From Lama glama (taxonomy: Eukaryota): a stretch of DNA of 64,000 nucleotides. Shown piece after piece: positions 36,306-49,639 of the stretch. Numbering within the stretch: position 1 is the stretch's first letter; each line of letters opens with the position of its first letter. The notes beneath the pieces were generated by a model. It saw only the letters and a list, made by a program, of their open reading frames with translations, made no database searches and was not told the origin of the DNA. The stretch covers positions 34,288,001 to 34,352,000 of the forward strand of contig CM052818.1 in the NCBI GenBank assembly GCA_028534125.1. The letters are read 5' to 3'. A program made the position numbers and the translations under genes.

Positions 36306-37533
36306 GTCTACAAGGTCACGGAAGTCCTGGGAAATGACTGCCTGCCACAGACCACCCGGTCACCTTCACATAACCCGAAGGATCTGGAGGGTTTTTCTAG
36401 CACTGGCTCTGAAGCAGGTGGCAAGCACACGGCACTTGTGGAGCGGCCTGCCAGCCAGCGCCCCAGCAGATGGCATGCTTCCCCGCCGAGCCTGGACCCC
36501 GCCTGGGCCCTGCTCTGGGCAGCTACCACCAGCCCTTCTGCACTGACCAGCGTCTGCACTCAAGCTCCTGCCCCCTGAATTTTGGCTGACATTAGTTATG
36601 TCCCTGGGATCGAATCTCTCTTTCATTTGAAAGCCTGTCAGATATTTAGAGAGGTTTTCACCTTCAAATTTGCTCCTCTGCTGGGTAAGCAGCCTCAGTC
36701 GTTGCTAACCCTTCACTCCCGTGGGTGCTGACTTCTGGACGTGCTATGGTGGGCCCAGGCCCACAGCCAAGGGCAGGTAATCTGGTCCAGATGGAGGCTG
36801 GCAAGACGGAGGCCCCTCCCTCTTGCTGGACATCCTGCTTAGTTCTGGCTCTCGGCTAGTGGGGCAGGACAGGACAGGGGAGGTGGGTGAGGACCACATG
36901 CCAATGGCGTGGCTCACATAGGCTGATCTGCTCTCCGGCCCAGACTCCCTTTTACAGACGGAGCCTTCAGAGAGGGTCTGGGTGAGACAACTGAGCAAAA
37001 CAGAGAGAACTGAGGAAGAGGGAAGAGGTCAAGCTTTACCAAGGGCACAGAAATAACTGCCCTGGAGCGAGGGCAGGTCAGAGAGCTAGTTCCCAGGGCT
37101 CCTCTAGGAGGGACAAGGCAGGTCCTGCCAAGTTCACGAAGGTCAACCAGAAGCTTGGGGCAAGGGCTGGTGTGGAAGCCCTTTCCTCATCCTGGGGCCA
37201 CAGCCAAAGCACAGACTGGCTGGCTCAAGAAGACCCCTGATCTAGCAGTGGGGCCACCTCCTGGATCCCCCTGGGCTCCTGCCTACGCACTTTACAATCA
37301 TGACAACGCACATCTGTAACACTTTCTGGTTCCACAGTCATTGTCACTTGAGAGGGTGTGAGCTCAGCATGCAGCAGCTTCCCCATCTCTCAATCCCCTG
37401 CTCCAGGCACATTATCATACAGAAGCGCAAACATTTTTCTGTTGAGTGATTGGGACCTCCAGACCCCACTGGACAAATTTTAGGCAGGTACTACAGTCCA
37501 TACGCAATGTCTCCTAATTTCCCACCTGGTCTG

Positions 37534-37552
37534 AGGTGCCCCCTGCTGGTAG
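37534..37552 (-). promoter_or_regulatory. Candidate CTCF site in SLC35F6 intron 1
   Basis: ACCAGCAGGGGGCAC matches the CTCF core. Confidence 0.55.
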
Positions 37553-40500
37553 GACCAGCTGGGTCTGTCCTTCCCTAGGGAGGCAGGGGAGCTGGCTAGA
37601 GGGCTGAGCTTCCTCCCCTCCCTCAGGGCTGTCTTTGCTTTCTCCAAGGGTTGGGTCTGCCTGAACAGGCTGCGGCTGGCAAGTTCCCAGCAAGGGAAAT
37701 GGAATCTTTTTGTATCTGAGGGACTGGGGCAGGTTTACAGCCCCAGGAATTGGGTGTCAGGACAGGCTGCCCTGCCCAGCCTCTGGCCAGGGAGGAGTTC
37801 AGGCCTGCAGTCACTCTGGGATAGAATCAGGCTTCTCATTCTGGCCCTGGGAAAGGCTTTGGTTCACTGTGCAATCACAGAAGGATCCCACGTACCACAG
37901 AACAAGAGCCAAAATCCAGCACCAGTTTATCTGGGGATGACAGCAATGACCCCCTCCCCCCACCCCACCCCAGTGGGATAGCACTTGTGTCTTTGCAAAA
38001 TGCTCCATTAACATGTTTTTTTTTTTTTTTTTACAAATGTTCAACTCCTTGAGTATTGACTTTGTACCAAGCCTGTGCTGTACACTTAATGTGGGTCGTG
38101 TGGTTTAAGCCTCACAACCAGCCTCAGGGTGGAGGGGTGGAGAGAGCCAAGTTCAGGCTCATATAGTTAACAATAGGCAGATGCTGGGCCAAACCCATCT
38201 GCTTGAATTTATTTTCAGAAAAGGCAGCAGGAGACACAGAAAACTCAGACTTTTGAGTTTCATAGGTTGGATGAGTTATAGTTTTCTCACCTATAAAATG
38301 GGGATAATAATGCCAATACTGATGAATTGGCAAATGTAATAAATGAGACATGTAAGACCTGGCACATGAAGGTAGTCAGTGAAAGTTCGTTTCTGTCCTT
38401 TCTCCCTGTCTCCTCTGTTGAGCAGGAGCCATCGCCCTGTGTGTTGCGTGGGCACGGCCCCAGCTCTGCTCCAGCCTGAAAGCTTCTGGGAGAGCATCTA
38501 TCCTCTCGGACCCACCCTGTGGTTCCCTAGAGCCGCAAAGTGCTGAAATAGGAGAACACACTCAGCCATGGTCTCAGGAAGCTCCTTATTTGACAGATGA
38601 GAAACCCAGGGGCCAGAGAAGGCATGAGGGATACAGGGAAGCACTATACCCAGAAGCCTGCACCTCCAGTTCCAAGTTTCCTCAACACATATCATCTTCT
38701 TATTCCAGGCTCTTCCCGCTCTCCTGGCTGAGGTGGGGAGGTCAGCCCTGCAGATGGGCCCTCCACTCTCTCTAGACATTGTATCCTGGGAAAAGCCATG
38801 GTCTCTTGGGCAGGAGGCCAGTAGGCCTCAGAGGGTGATGGGTGGTGACCCTTGCCGGGGGTAGGGGTGGGGTATTGTGTGTGTGTGGTGTGTGTGTGAG
38901 TCAGCCTCACGTGGCCTTGCCCAGCGAAACTCAAAGCTCAGCATTCTGAGAGTTGTGTGCATCTATGTGTGGGCCGAGGTGGCGGACAGAGACTGAGGAA
39001 GTGGCTGATGTAGCTGCCTCGGACTGATTAGCTGTGTGTCCATTCTCTGCAGAATCTGTGCCATTTCCTTTCACATCCGGAGACTGTCAGTCCCAATGAG
39101 TCAGCTTTTCTCTCCTGCCTGGGATCTTCAGAAGTGCCCTGGGGCTTCGATGTCACAGCAAGTGGCCTGGGCTCACATGGTGATAAATGATGACAAGCCC
39201 TCTCATCTCCTAAGTATTAGGAAACCCTCAGTAGAGCTTACACTGTATCCAGGAAGAAGGTGTGGCAGGTATTATCAGCCCATTTTACAGATGAGGCTTG
39301 GAGATGCCCAATGACTCATCTAATCCCACAGCTTCTAAGCCTCAAGCTCCTTCCACTACTACACTGCCTTCCTGACTTAAGGCTTTCTCCAGCTGGCCTG
39401 AATCCCTTTGAAGCAACTGTCCCAACCCAGCTCATGGAACCTAAGGCTGGGGGAAGGGGCAGCTGCCAAGGCAAATGTTAGAGCTAGCACAGAAGGCACA
39501 GTGAGAGTCCTTCCCTAATGGAGGCCCAGTGATCCCAGGCCTCTCGTCACCTTCCTGGAAGGGTCCCTGGACCCAGCAGGCCTGACTGTTGGAGAAGAGA
39601 CCCCCATGACTCCTTGCTGGCTGGGTGGGCTTCACAGACTGCAGAAGTTTAGGAGGGACGGGATCTGAGCCTTACTGAGTGAGTGGCCACCTGACCCTTG
39701 CTCTTTCCATGCAGAACCCCCAGCTGGATTCTGGAGAAGGGGGCTGTGAAATGGGCCTGGTTCAGGCAGACAGCGCTAAGCAGTGCCACAGGAGGGCAAA
39801 ATGTTTGGTCTCCATCAGGTGCATCAGCAGAAGGCCTGGTGGGGGCGAGGAGGCACCCACTGAAAGGAGCTGCTCCACAGGAAGGGTCCCTCTGCCAAGA
39901 CCCAGGCACAGGGCTAAAGGGCCAGCCTGCCTGGTGGCTTTCCCTCTTGTGAGTAGGTGAGCCCCAGCCCCGGCCCCGGCCCCAGCCAAGGCAGGCAGTC
40001 TCCCTGCAGCACAGCCACCCTGCTGAGTGGACAGTGACCTCCTACAGCAGAGAGATGACCTGTGGTCCCAGCAGAGTGGGCAGCACGTGCTCACGCCCAC
40101 TTCCTCATCTGCTGTCTTCAGCCGTCCCAAGAACCCGGGGAGGGAAAGTTATGCTCTTACTACAGGCCAAGAAACTGCAAGAGGCTACTAGAGGCTCTAA
40201 ACCTGAACCCTGAGTGACCTCTGGCTCCAGCGGCGGAAACTGAGCAATAGCATGATCTCCTGGGCTGGGACAGAGCTTCAGGTGTTTGCCACCCAGTCCC
40301 AGAGGGAAGGCGCTCCGATGGCAGGGAGGGGAGATGCCACTATAGGATTGCAACTTCCACGGGCACATGCTTGTCAGTTCTTGTCTGGGGAGATGTAAGA
40401 GGAAACCCCCAAGGAAGAGGGATGGGGGGCACTGCAGCTGTAAAAGAACAGGACTGGACTAAAATGCTGACACCTAGGTCTGGGCACCAACCAGCTGAGT

Positions 40501-40639
40501 CACACACACAAACTTTTCTTGGGATCTTGACTGTAAATTGTGGGGATTAGAATCGATGATTTCTGTTTCTAACGACTCTAAATGCCCCCAAGAATGACGA
40601 CAGAAGTCCGCAGCCTCATCCATATTGGAGGCTAAGAGC

Positions 40640-40850
40640 ATGGATTCTAGAGCCAGACTACTTAGGCTCAAATATAAACTTTGCCACTCAATAGCTGAGT
40701 TGAACTTGGGTAAGCAAGTCCATCTTTCCAGACCTCAGTTTCCTCATCCAGGGACAACTGGATACGTTCATCCATCTCATAGGGTGGTTATGAGAATTCA
40801 TTAAATTAACTCATGAAAGACAGCCAGGGCAGGACTGGGCACCTGGAGCT
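40640..40850 (+). mobile_element. MIR SINE
   Basis: TTTGCCACTCAATAGCTG...ACCTCAGTTTCCTCATC. Confidence 0.6.
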
Positions 40851-42339
40851 CTCTGTGCATTAGCCAGTCAGCACTTGCTGTGGTCACATTTCTGTCTGTC
40901 TGTCTGTCCCTGCCAGAAACTGCAGGTCAGAGTGACTGCAAATCAATAATTCCCAACAGGGTGTACACAGCTGCTCTCCCATGCCCTTTCTCTGAGAGCG
41001 TCCTTTTCAGAGTCTGGCCTCAGACTGTTGAGGCTCCAGTGCTGGGGCCCATCACAGGTAGGGAGGTTCCTGAGAGGCCCCATGTCAGGTCGCAGGGCAG
41101 GGAACAGGACCAAAGGTGGGGTCTCCACCTGGAAGCCTCTTTCTGGCCTCTCAGGCAGCCTCCAAGGGCAAGGCCTCCTGGGGCTGAGGATCCCCTGGCT
41201 TCTTACCTGACCCGCTTGGAGCTTTTTAAGTAAGGAGCTGAATCAGCACAGTTCACCCCACTAGTAACTGGCAATTTCAGCTCTCTTTGGGGATGGCAGC
41301 GCTGGCAGACCACTGCCACCCTATAAGGACCAGACTGAGGTCTTGGCTTGTGGGACAGATGGACAGATGATTCATTCTGCTGCATTCAGATCCTAACTGA
41401 GATGGGAGCCTTTACAGCTGAGGGCTCAGCCGAAGGAAGCCTCAGGGCCCAGGAGCCCAGCACCAGACACAGACGCAGTTGGCCAGAGCCCAACCAGAAA
41501 GGCCCCACCCAGAGCTCCACTTCCTGTGGAAAAGGGAGGACACTGTGATTGTCACGCATGTACACATCTGGCTCCTCCATGGCAGGGTCTAAGCACGTTA
41601 GAGGCAGTCCCAACCTCCTGAGGACCTTCTCTTGGTCACTTCTGTCTCCTTCCCTGAGTTCAGACAGTGCCTCACATAGTGCCCAACCTCCTGAGGACTG
41701 TCCTCACTGTCCCACAAGCACCTCACCCTCTTACATTGGAGCTGAACTGCCCCTCTACCATCCCTGTCTGGTTTAATGACACTTCTGTTCTCCCAGGCAG
41801 AAGGCCAGGAGTGATTATTTGATTCCGTGGGTCAGGCCTTGTGGCTTCATTCTGCACCTGGTCTCTCCCACCTGCCCCTTCCCTTCCCAACTCACTGTTA
41901 ACTCCTGGTTCCCCTCATTTGCTATGCAGCAGCCTTGGAGTGCTTTTCCCTGCACAAAACTACTCTTCACCTTGACCACCAGGTTCATCATCACTTTTAA
42001 CATGTCACTCCCAGGCTCAAAAGACTCTCTTTGATAACAGGATGAGATCCAGGCTGGGCATTTGGTGCTAGTTACAATTCAATTTGATCTGGCTTTGCTG
42101 TTCTCCTGCCTCGATGTCCCCACCACATGTAGAAATCCTACTGAAGCTTCAAGGCCCAGCCCTAACCCTTCCTCCAAGAGGGGCCCATGGGCACCTCCTT
42201 CTCCGTCATTGCAGCCCTCCACCCTCACTGGTCACTCGGCCCGCTGGGCAGCTGTTGTAGCCCTCCCCGGTCCACAGCTCCGGAGAGCAGGGCTCCTGAT
42301 GCATGCTTGTAAGGGGACACGGAAGGGAACTCCCTCCAG

Positions 42340-42930
42340 TTTAAGCATGAGGAAATCGAGGCGCAGAGTCGGGAAATGACTCGTTGGGATCAAGCACACA
42401 ATCAGAGCTGGGGCTTGGATCCTCCAGCGGGGGACAAGGCCTCGTTCCGCATTTCCCGGGGCCTCGCACCTCTTGGGTGGTCCATAAACCGCGTGAACCA
42501 ATCAGAGAAACTAGGCTGGCTGGTGAAGCCAAGAAAAGAGAACCGAGAAGAGGCAGGGAGCGGAAGGTGGCAGGGGTCCCCAGAGCTCCCGCGGGCCGCC
42601 GAAGGCCCGGCCGAGCCTCCTCCCCTCCCGGCCAGGCCCGGACTCACTTTGCCGAGAGCGTGTTGATGGAGCCGGTGACGAGCATGAGCCCGGCCAAGAA
42701 CAGCTGGTACTTGGTCCAGGCCATGGGGGCGACGGGGGGGACACGAAACCAGAGGGACCCCCGCAACCTCCGCGCTCGCTGGTGGTCGTAGCTCCCGACC
42801 TGGTCACCGGGGGGTCTCCGGCAAGAGCGCTTCCGGGCCGGGAGTCACGTGGACCACAAGGACCCGCCCCGCCCTGGCTCGCTCCGCCCCCAGGGAGGGG
42901 GAAGCGCCTCGGTTTCTGAGCTCAAAAGAG
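42340..42930 (-). promoter_or_regulatory. SLC35F6: SLC35F6 CpG-island promoter
   Basis: CpG-rich; ETS core CTTCCGG 42830-42836, E-box GTCACGTG 42844-42851, GC boxes near 42863-42890. Confidence 0.8.
42648..42724 (-). CDS. SLC35F6: SLC35F6 (C2orf18) coding exon 1
   Basis: ATG in GCCCCCATGG context; MAWTKYQLFLAGLMLVTGSINTLSA(K); ends AA|GTGAGT; 77 nt; inside a CpG island. Confidence 0.95.
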
Positions 42931-45077
42931 TTGCGGTGCCAGTGCTGTTCAAGCCTGGAGCCAGGGAGCGCTGATACCCACAGGGTGACCATGGCAAGTC
43001 ACGGAACCAGGCCCCCCATCTGCATAAAGGGCTGATGGGACGATGCAGTGTGAATACATCATGGATATTAGAGCGTTTTGTAGACCCTTTAGAGAGATAG
43101 AGCTGAAAAATGTCAGAGGCGAACCACAAAGTAGAAACATCCAGCGTGGGAATCTCCTCTCTACAGGGTACTTGGGGGAACTACTGGGAGGCCTGGGACG
43201 TGTCCCTAGAGACTCCAACCCACGTGTTGCCCATATCTTCCAGAAAAGTAGGACTCTAGTTCCTGCTCCCTGGGAGACCATTTTATAACTAAGGAAAACA
43301 TCTTAATTGAGAGAAGCCAAGGGATTTGCTTATGATCACACTAGTGAGTGATGGAGCGGAGGTTTGCACGCAGATTCTTCAGTTTCCCCTAAATCTGTGG
43401 CTTCTGCTCAGCCCCTCCACCAAGCTCACCCCACCGCTCCTTCTGGGATTCCCTGATGCTGCTGAGAAGCATCCACAGCAGAAAGACCCAGGTTTGTGTG
43501 CAGAGGCTTTCAGGCTTTAAAATCCTACTCCTAGTTCTCAGCCCTCAGCTGTCCTCTATCCTCATCGCTAGGTCTCTAGTCTGCACCCCATGTCCTGTCA
43601 CCACAGGCTGGAGCACCAGCCCTTGGAGGACCTGCTTCAGACACAGTGAGCACATTTCCCCATTATTGCAAATCTTGTTGCTGGGGGTGCAGGGCTGGAT
43701 GGGGCCTGCCTGTCAACTCCTCCTGCTTGCCCTAACACTGCCTTCACCTTATGAAAATGACCAGCGTTGAATCAGAAACACCCTCAAGGGACTGGACCAG
43801 ACCCTTTTATTGCAGGAAGACTTGACAGAGAAGGTGTATAAGTGGGGTTCTGGACAAAAATGGAGGTTACAGGATAGACAGAGGAAGGGCTGTCCCAGAG
43901 GGGGAATGGCAGTGTGTGGCACAGAGTTATGAGTGGGCGTGGAGAGTGTCTGGGACCCACAGACCATCCAGGAACTTTCTAACAATGTAGCCTGTTCTTG
44001 TCACTCAGTGGGGAGTTGAGAGACTCAGAAAGAGGTTTCTTCCAAGTTTCTTATCCTCAACAACACCACTAATTTCTTATAAAGGAATTAATTCAGTTAT
44101 GCAAAAATATTGACTGAGACACTGGGGCCTGTAGAGATGAATGAAACACAGCTTCTGTCCTGAGGAACAGACCGACAGGGTCCACACCAGCTGCATAGCC
44201 CCACCCCGATCGGAGGCACTTCATACAGCACAGTGACACACTCAGTGGGGCTCTGGACCATTTTCCCCACATGTGTCCAAGCCAAGGGCACTGTCCTGAA
44301 ATAAACATTACTGATGATTAGTGGTGTCACCAGCCCGACATGATGTCACTAGCAGCACAGTCTTTGTCTGTCTCCAAAGCCACATCATAAAATAAATTTT
44401 AATTTATCATGATGTTCTGACCATTCATCAGACTGCTGTCTCTGGAGCCCAGGAGACAGAAGAATTTATTGGCAAATACATATGGAGTCCACTAAGTGCC
44501 AGGCCCAGAGCCAAGAATGGGACCCCAAAGACAAGCAGGACAAGGTCCCTGCCCTCAAGGAGTTCGGGATTCTGTGGAGGAGAGGAGTGAGCTCACCTGT
44601 AACCACGCAGCCAGGTGAGGATGTGTAAGAGGCAGAAGGAGTTGGGAAACGGGTGGGTTCCTCATGAGGGTGGGAGCAAGGGCATGACAGTGACGGTCAG
44701 AGCCATTCTGGATCAGGCACTCTGTCTGTGTCCTTCTGTGCTAGGAGCTTGATCTCTGTGACCTCAGTTCTTACAGGAACCCCGTGTGCTGGAATTCAGG
44801 GGAGATATGAGGAGGGGCTTGAAGGAGGAGCAGGACTGCTCCAGGTAGAGAAGAGGGTCGTTCTGGGCAGAAACAACCATGCAGACACACAGCGGTGGCC
44901 AGCCAGCCCTCACACTGGGGAGTGACCTATAATGGAGGTCCAGGTGTCTGCCAGCCTCGCTAGACTGCACTTTTCAGGTGAAAAGCAGGGTTGACATTAC
45001 TGTCCTCCATTAACAGCAAGGCATGGGGCCTCAGGAGACTCAGGAATTCTGAGAAATTAGAGAGGAATCAGGGTGGA

Positions 45078-45521
45078 TATAGTGGACAAAGAATGTCGCC
45101 TGCCGTTTCAGTAAACATAGGCTGATGTCCTTAAAGCCATCAGCCACTGAAGCTGCCCTCCTGAGGGGATTTAGGATGGAGAAAAACTGGATACTGACCC
45201 TAGGTAGTTAAGGTGCATATTGAAGGAATAATTTCAATAAGCCAACTCTTGCATCTCTCCGTATGAAGAAAAGCACTGAAATCATTAACTTGAGATGCCT
45301 GTTTTGTTTGTGTGTGTGTGATTTAGCAGTAGTCTTAATGTTCAACCACATTTTTTTTCCCCCAACAAAACCTCCTGTATATCCTGGCCCCTTCCTTACC
45401 TCTTAGAAACAGTTCCTCGGAACTATCTGAGAGGCTGATTCCTCGGCTATACTGCTAAGATCATCGAATAAAATATAACTGTCAACTTTTAGGTTGTGCG
45501 TTTTTTTTTTTTCAGTTGACA
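45078..45521 (+). mobile_element. Solo ERV LTR (5' boundary approximate)
   Basis: TATA-like CTGTATAT, AATAAA near 45467, ends TCAGTTGACA; TSD not resolved. Confidence 0.6.
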
Positions 45522-46817
45522 AATGTTCACACGCAGGCTTTGCAAACATCCTTCAGATTGTTATTTGATGAGATTCAAGGATAGAGCTTAGGGTATATGT
45601 TGGAACCAAATTTGTCTCATAATTTTGGTAGTCCTGATTTCCTGGGTTACATAACATGTCCCCAAAACAACACAAATGTTAATATTTTGTACTTGGCCTG
45701 GATGTCTGCCCTCTTAAATTCCTGAGGAGATCTGGTGTCCTTGAGGATTCTGTCCAGGGAAGCCAGTGAGGACTTTGGTGGCTGGGGACAGTGGAGACCA
45801 TGGGTAAGGTAAGGTGGGGCAGGGAGATTCTGGGGGGCCTCCGGGGCCTCCTCTCTTCCTTTCTGAACCTTTACAAAGTCAAAGGTGGGCCAGCCTTCTT
45901 TGTATGGTGATCTTGGCCTTCAGAGGAGTGATTGTCACCTAACTGCTCAGTTTTGATTGTTCTGATTAAAGACTACAGCTTGCCCAAAGATCACTCAGAG
46001 TCACATGGATGGGAGCAAATGTAGCATATTTTCAGCAAAGGGAGGAAATTTACTTAGCATTAGGGGTGCCAGAGCCACAGAATTCCCATGTGTGGATGGA
46101 GTGGTGGGTAGAGAGAGGAATTTTTTCATGTACCCCTAGGAGTGTAGAATCTTCAGGAGTCGAATGACATGTGTGCAAATTGTCCCAGACTAGGGAAGAG
46201 AGAGACTGGATCTGCCACTTAGAGCAGAGGGGCTGGGTTCGGTTGCTTAATCACTCAGAGCCCTACTTTCCTGTCTGTAGAATGGGAGCAATAACCTTCT
46301 CAGCTTGTTGCGCAAAGGGAAGGAGGGCAGATGTGGGAGTGTAGCGGCAGGCATAGGGAGAGCTAGTTCAGTTGCTGTGAGGTCAGGGCCCGTGTAACAG
46401 AGAGGTAGGTTCCGAGAAGGATCTTAGGCTGTGTATTAAAAGACACTTCTCATGATTTGCATAAGCACACGATCCAGACTCTGGGTCTTTTCTCCCCAAG
46501 TCTGGGACATTTTGAACAAATCTGCATGCTACCTCCAAAGAGCCACTCATTCCCAGAGTCAAATCAAATGCATCACTGCGAGCTCCTGCATTTGTATTCA
46601 CAGCTTACTGCCGGCCTGTGGCTTGTCTGAAAGATTGAACACTTTCCCAATCAATTTAATCACATTTTCGATTAAGAGAGTTATTTTACTCCAGGAAGAA
46701 TAGTGATATGTGGACAGACGTGTTTTGATTTGAATAAGTTTTTGCTATGTGTCCTTGGGCTGTTTCCATCTTGTGTAGCCTGTCTCCCTGCTAGAAGGTG
46801 CCCTTCTCGTGGGCAGG

Positions 46818-47266
46818 TGACCAAACCTTAATCAGGCTCTCGAACCTTCTCCTAGGTCCATCTGTGCACTTTCTTAGAAAATCTAGTTTTATGAAGAACC
46901 CTGCTAAGTCAATTGAAGGAATGCTCTGACCCTCCATATCTCATCATCGCGGCTGTCTGGTTCAGTTTCTCATCCTCCACCACCCCCGGGGCATGTCTGA
47001 TTACCCTGGCCTGTCTTCAGCAAGAATCCGGTTAAGTCGGCTTAGCCAGAATCCCCCTCACCCTTGATGTTTTCTCTTAGTAATTTTCCATCCAGTGACC
47101 TCCCCCGCCGACCCTGCTGCTAGCTACATAAATTCCCACTTGCCCAAGCTGTATCTGGAATCAAGTCTTGTTCTATCCTGAGGTCTCTTCCCCCTTTTGG
47201 AATAGTCCTGAATAGAATCTGTTTTTATCACTGCAACTGATGTCTGGCTCTGGTTTTCTTTTCACA
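46818..47266 (+). mobile_element. Solo ERV1 LTR (MER31-like) with 4-bp TSD
   Basis: TG...CA termini flanked by CAGG (46814-46817 and 47267-47270); AAGAACCCTGCTAAGTCA and AAGAATCCGGTTAAGTC internal repeats. Confidence 0.75.
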
Positions 47267-47726
47267 CAGGACTGAGTATCTAGATGCCTATTTCTCCCAA
47301 CAGGGTGGGTGTTGCAGGGCAGCCTGTGGCTGGAAAGAGGAGGAAGGGGTTTGGGAGGAGGAGAGCAGTGTCAAATCTCAGCTCTCTCCTTGGGGAGAAA
47401 CTGAGATAACAGAACCAGGCCTGATGGGATCTAACAGGGAAAGGAATGTGGATGGTCTATACGGGTGAACAGGGGGTAAATGTTCACCAGCTCTTTCCAG
47501 CTGACTTGATAGTTGGTTTCTATGGTGACCAGAGATGATTAGATTCGGCGGCACCTGCTCTTTCCAGCTTCAGGCCCTCATAAGGTCATTGTCAAAGCTT
47601 CCCTCTTTGCCTTTCTGTCTTAACATCTTCTTTGGCTCCTAACACCCCTCCCATAAGTGCTGATCACTAGCCTTGGAGCAGGTCCCTGGATCCTGGATGC
47701 TGGGTTTTGGCTCGGTCCTCAGGAAG

Positions 47727-47913
47727 CAGGATCCAGATAAAGCATGGGCACCTAGTTAAATCTGATTTCAGACAAATGATGAATCATACTTTTTAGTATT
47801 TCCCCAATATTGTTTGTTGATACACTTATACTAAAAGATGTGATTCATTGTCTATCAGAAATTTAAATTTCACTGGGCATCCTGTATTTCATTTGCTCAG
47901 ACTGGCAGCCCTG
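47727..47913. mobile_element. MER53-like palindromic MITE
   Basis: CCAGATAAA...AGTTAAATCTGATTTCAGACAAA...TTTTTAGTAT / ATACTAAAA...ATCAGAAATTTAAATTTCACTGGGCATCCTG...CTGGCAGCCCTG. Confidence 0.75.
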
Positions 47914-48581
47914 CTGGCCTGGCACCCAGCTCAGTGCCTTCACTTTGAAAGGGTGAACCATGACGGTGGCTGCATTGAATCAGTGTGTTTCATGCAAATG
48001 TCCTTCTTTAAATGTGCTGTTCCTTAAGCGCGTGGTATTTTCCCTGTCTGACTCTGTTAAGTCTGTACTTTGACACCAGCCCCCTTGAAGGTGGGTCTCA
48101 CACTTGGGAACCCTGTGTTTAACACCCTTCTGACTAGGGCTGAGGATGGGGGCATCTGTAGGAGATTCTGAGGCAGACAGTGTTGAGAACCTTCCCCTCT
48201 TTTGCACACAGTTTCAGGGTTTGCCCAGATCCCATGAAGCCCAGACATGGATTCCCCCAGAGGGAACATGTAATCTAATCCAACTCTCTTGCTTTTCAGG
48301 TTAGGAAGCCCAGTCCCAGGATGGAGGCAGCTCACCCAGGTCAGTAGTGGGTGACTTATGCATTGAACTTCTTTGCTATTCATGTATGTATTTATTTGCA
48401 TTCAGTGTTTATTAATTTAGCTTAATTGGATAGTAATAAACAAATGACTGGCCCTATAAATGCTTAATTACATTTAAAATAATACAACTTCGGAACAAAC
48501 TAACTGAAAAAAGATATTTTTGAAATATTCAGAAGAAACTGAACATGGTCTTGACAATGAGTCAATGGTCATTTTATGGGG

Positions 48582-49050
48582 TGTATTAGGTTCCTATTGC
48601 TGTTGTAACAAATTGCTACAAACATAGTGGTTTAAAACTACACAAGATTTATTATCTTTCTGTTCTGGAGGACAGAAATCTGAAATGTAGTCACTGGACT
48701 AAAATCAAGAACTGTGTTCCTTCTGGAGGCTCTCAGGGAGGATCCATTTCCTTGCCTTTTCCCCCTTCTAGGGGCATCTGTTTTCTGTAGCTCCTGGCCC
48801 ATGTCACTCTGATCTTTGTTCCTATAGTTACACCTCCTTCTCTGAATCTGCCCCTCTTGTCTCCATCTCATAAAGACAAAATCCTGTGATTATGTTGGTC
48901 CCATCTGGATAACCCAGGATACTCTCCCATCTCAAGAGCTTTAATTTAATCACCTCTGCAAAGTCCCTTTTGTCACGTAAGGCAGCATATTCACAGGTTT
49001 TGGGAATTAGGACATGAACATCTTTAGGGGGGCCATTATTCTGTCTACAC
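48582..49050 (-). mobile_element. MaLR LTR (MLT1-like)
   Basis: TGTATTAGG...TGTAACAAATT...TTCTGGAGGCTC...AATCACCTCTGCAAAGTCCCTTTT...ACA. Confidence 0.85.
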
Positions 49051-49151
49051 AGTTGTAACAGAGGTGCCTTGATTATCAAAAAAAAAAAAAAGTCCTTAGC
49101 TGATGGAGAGTGAAGAAATTATATGTGAAACGACTTACTTGAAAATGTTTC

Positions 49152-49530
49152 TCTGGCCTGAATGTTTATGTCCACCCCCCAAATTCATTTGTTGAAAGCC
49201 TAATCCCCAACATGAGGGTGTTGGAAGATGGAGGCTTTGGGAGGTAATTAGGGTTATAGTAGGTTAGAGGGCGGGACCCTCTTCATAGGATTAGTGGCCT
49301 AATTAGGAAAGAAAGCGGGGGCTGTCTCTCTGCACTCACACACACCAAGGAAAACCTGTGTGAGGACATAGTGAGAAGTCTGTAAGCCAGAAGAGCATTC
49401 CCACCAGGAAGCAGGTTGGCCAGCACCCTGATCTTGGACTTCCCAGCCTCTTGAACTGTGAGAAATAAATGTCTGTACCTTAAACTCCCCCGTCTATAGT
49501 ATTTTGTTATGGCAGCTGGAGCAGATTACA
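49152..49530 (+). mobile_element. MaLR LTR (MST/MLT1A-like)
   Basis: TGAATGTTTATGTCC...GATCTTGGACTTCCCAGCCTC...AACTGTGAGAAATAAAT. Confidence 0.85.
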
Positions 49531-49544
49531 TCTCTAGAAAAAAA

Positions 49545-49546
<2 letters not shown>

Positions 49547-49624
<78 letters not shown>

Positions 49625-49626
49625 AA
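49547..49626 (+). repeat. Perfect (GAAA)20 microsatellite
   Basis: 80 nt of uninterrupted GAAA. Confidence 0.97.
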
Positions 49627-49639
49627 AACAGGAGACAAA

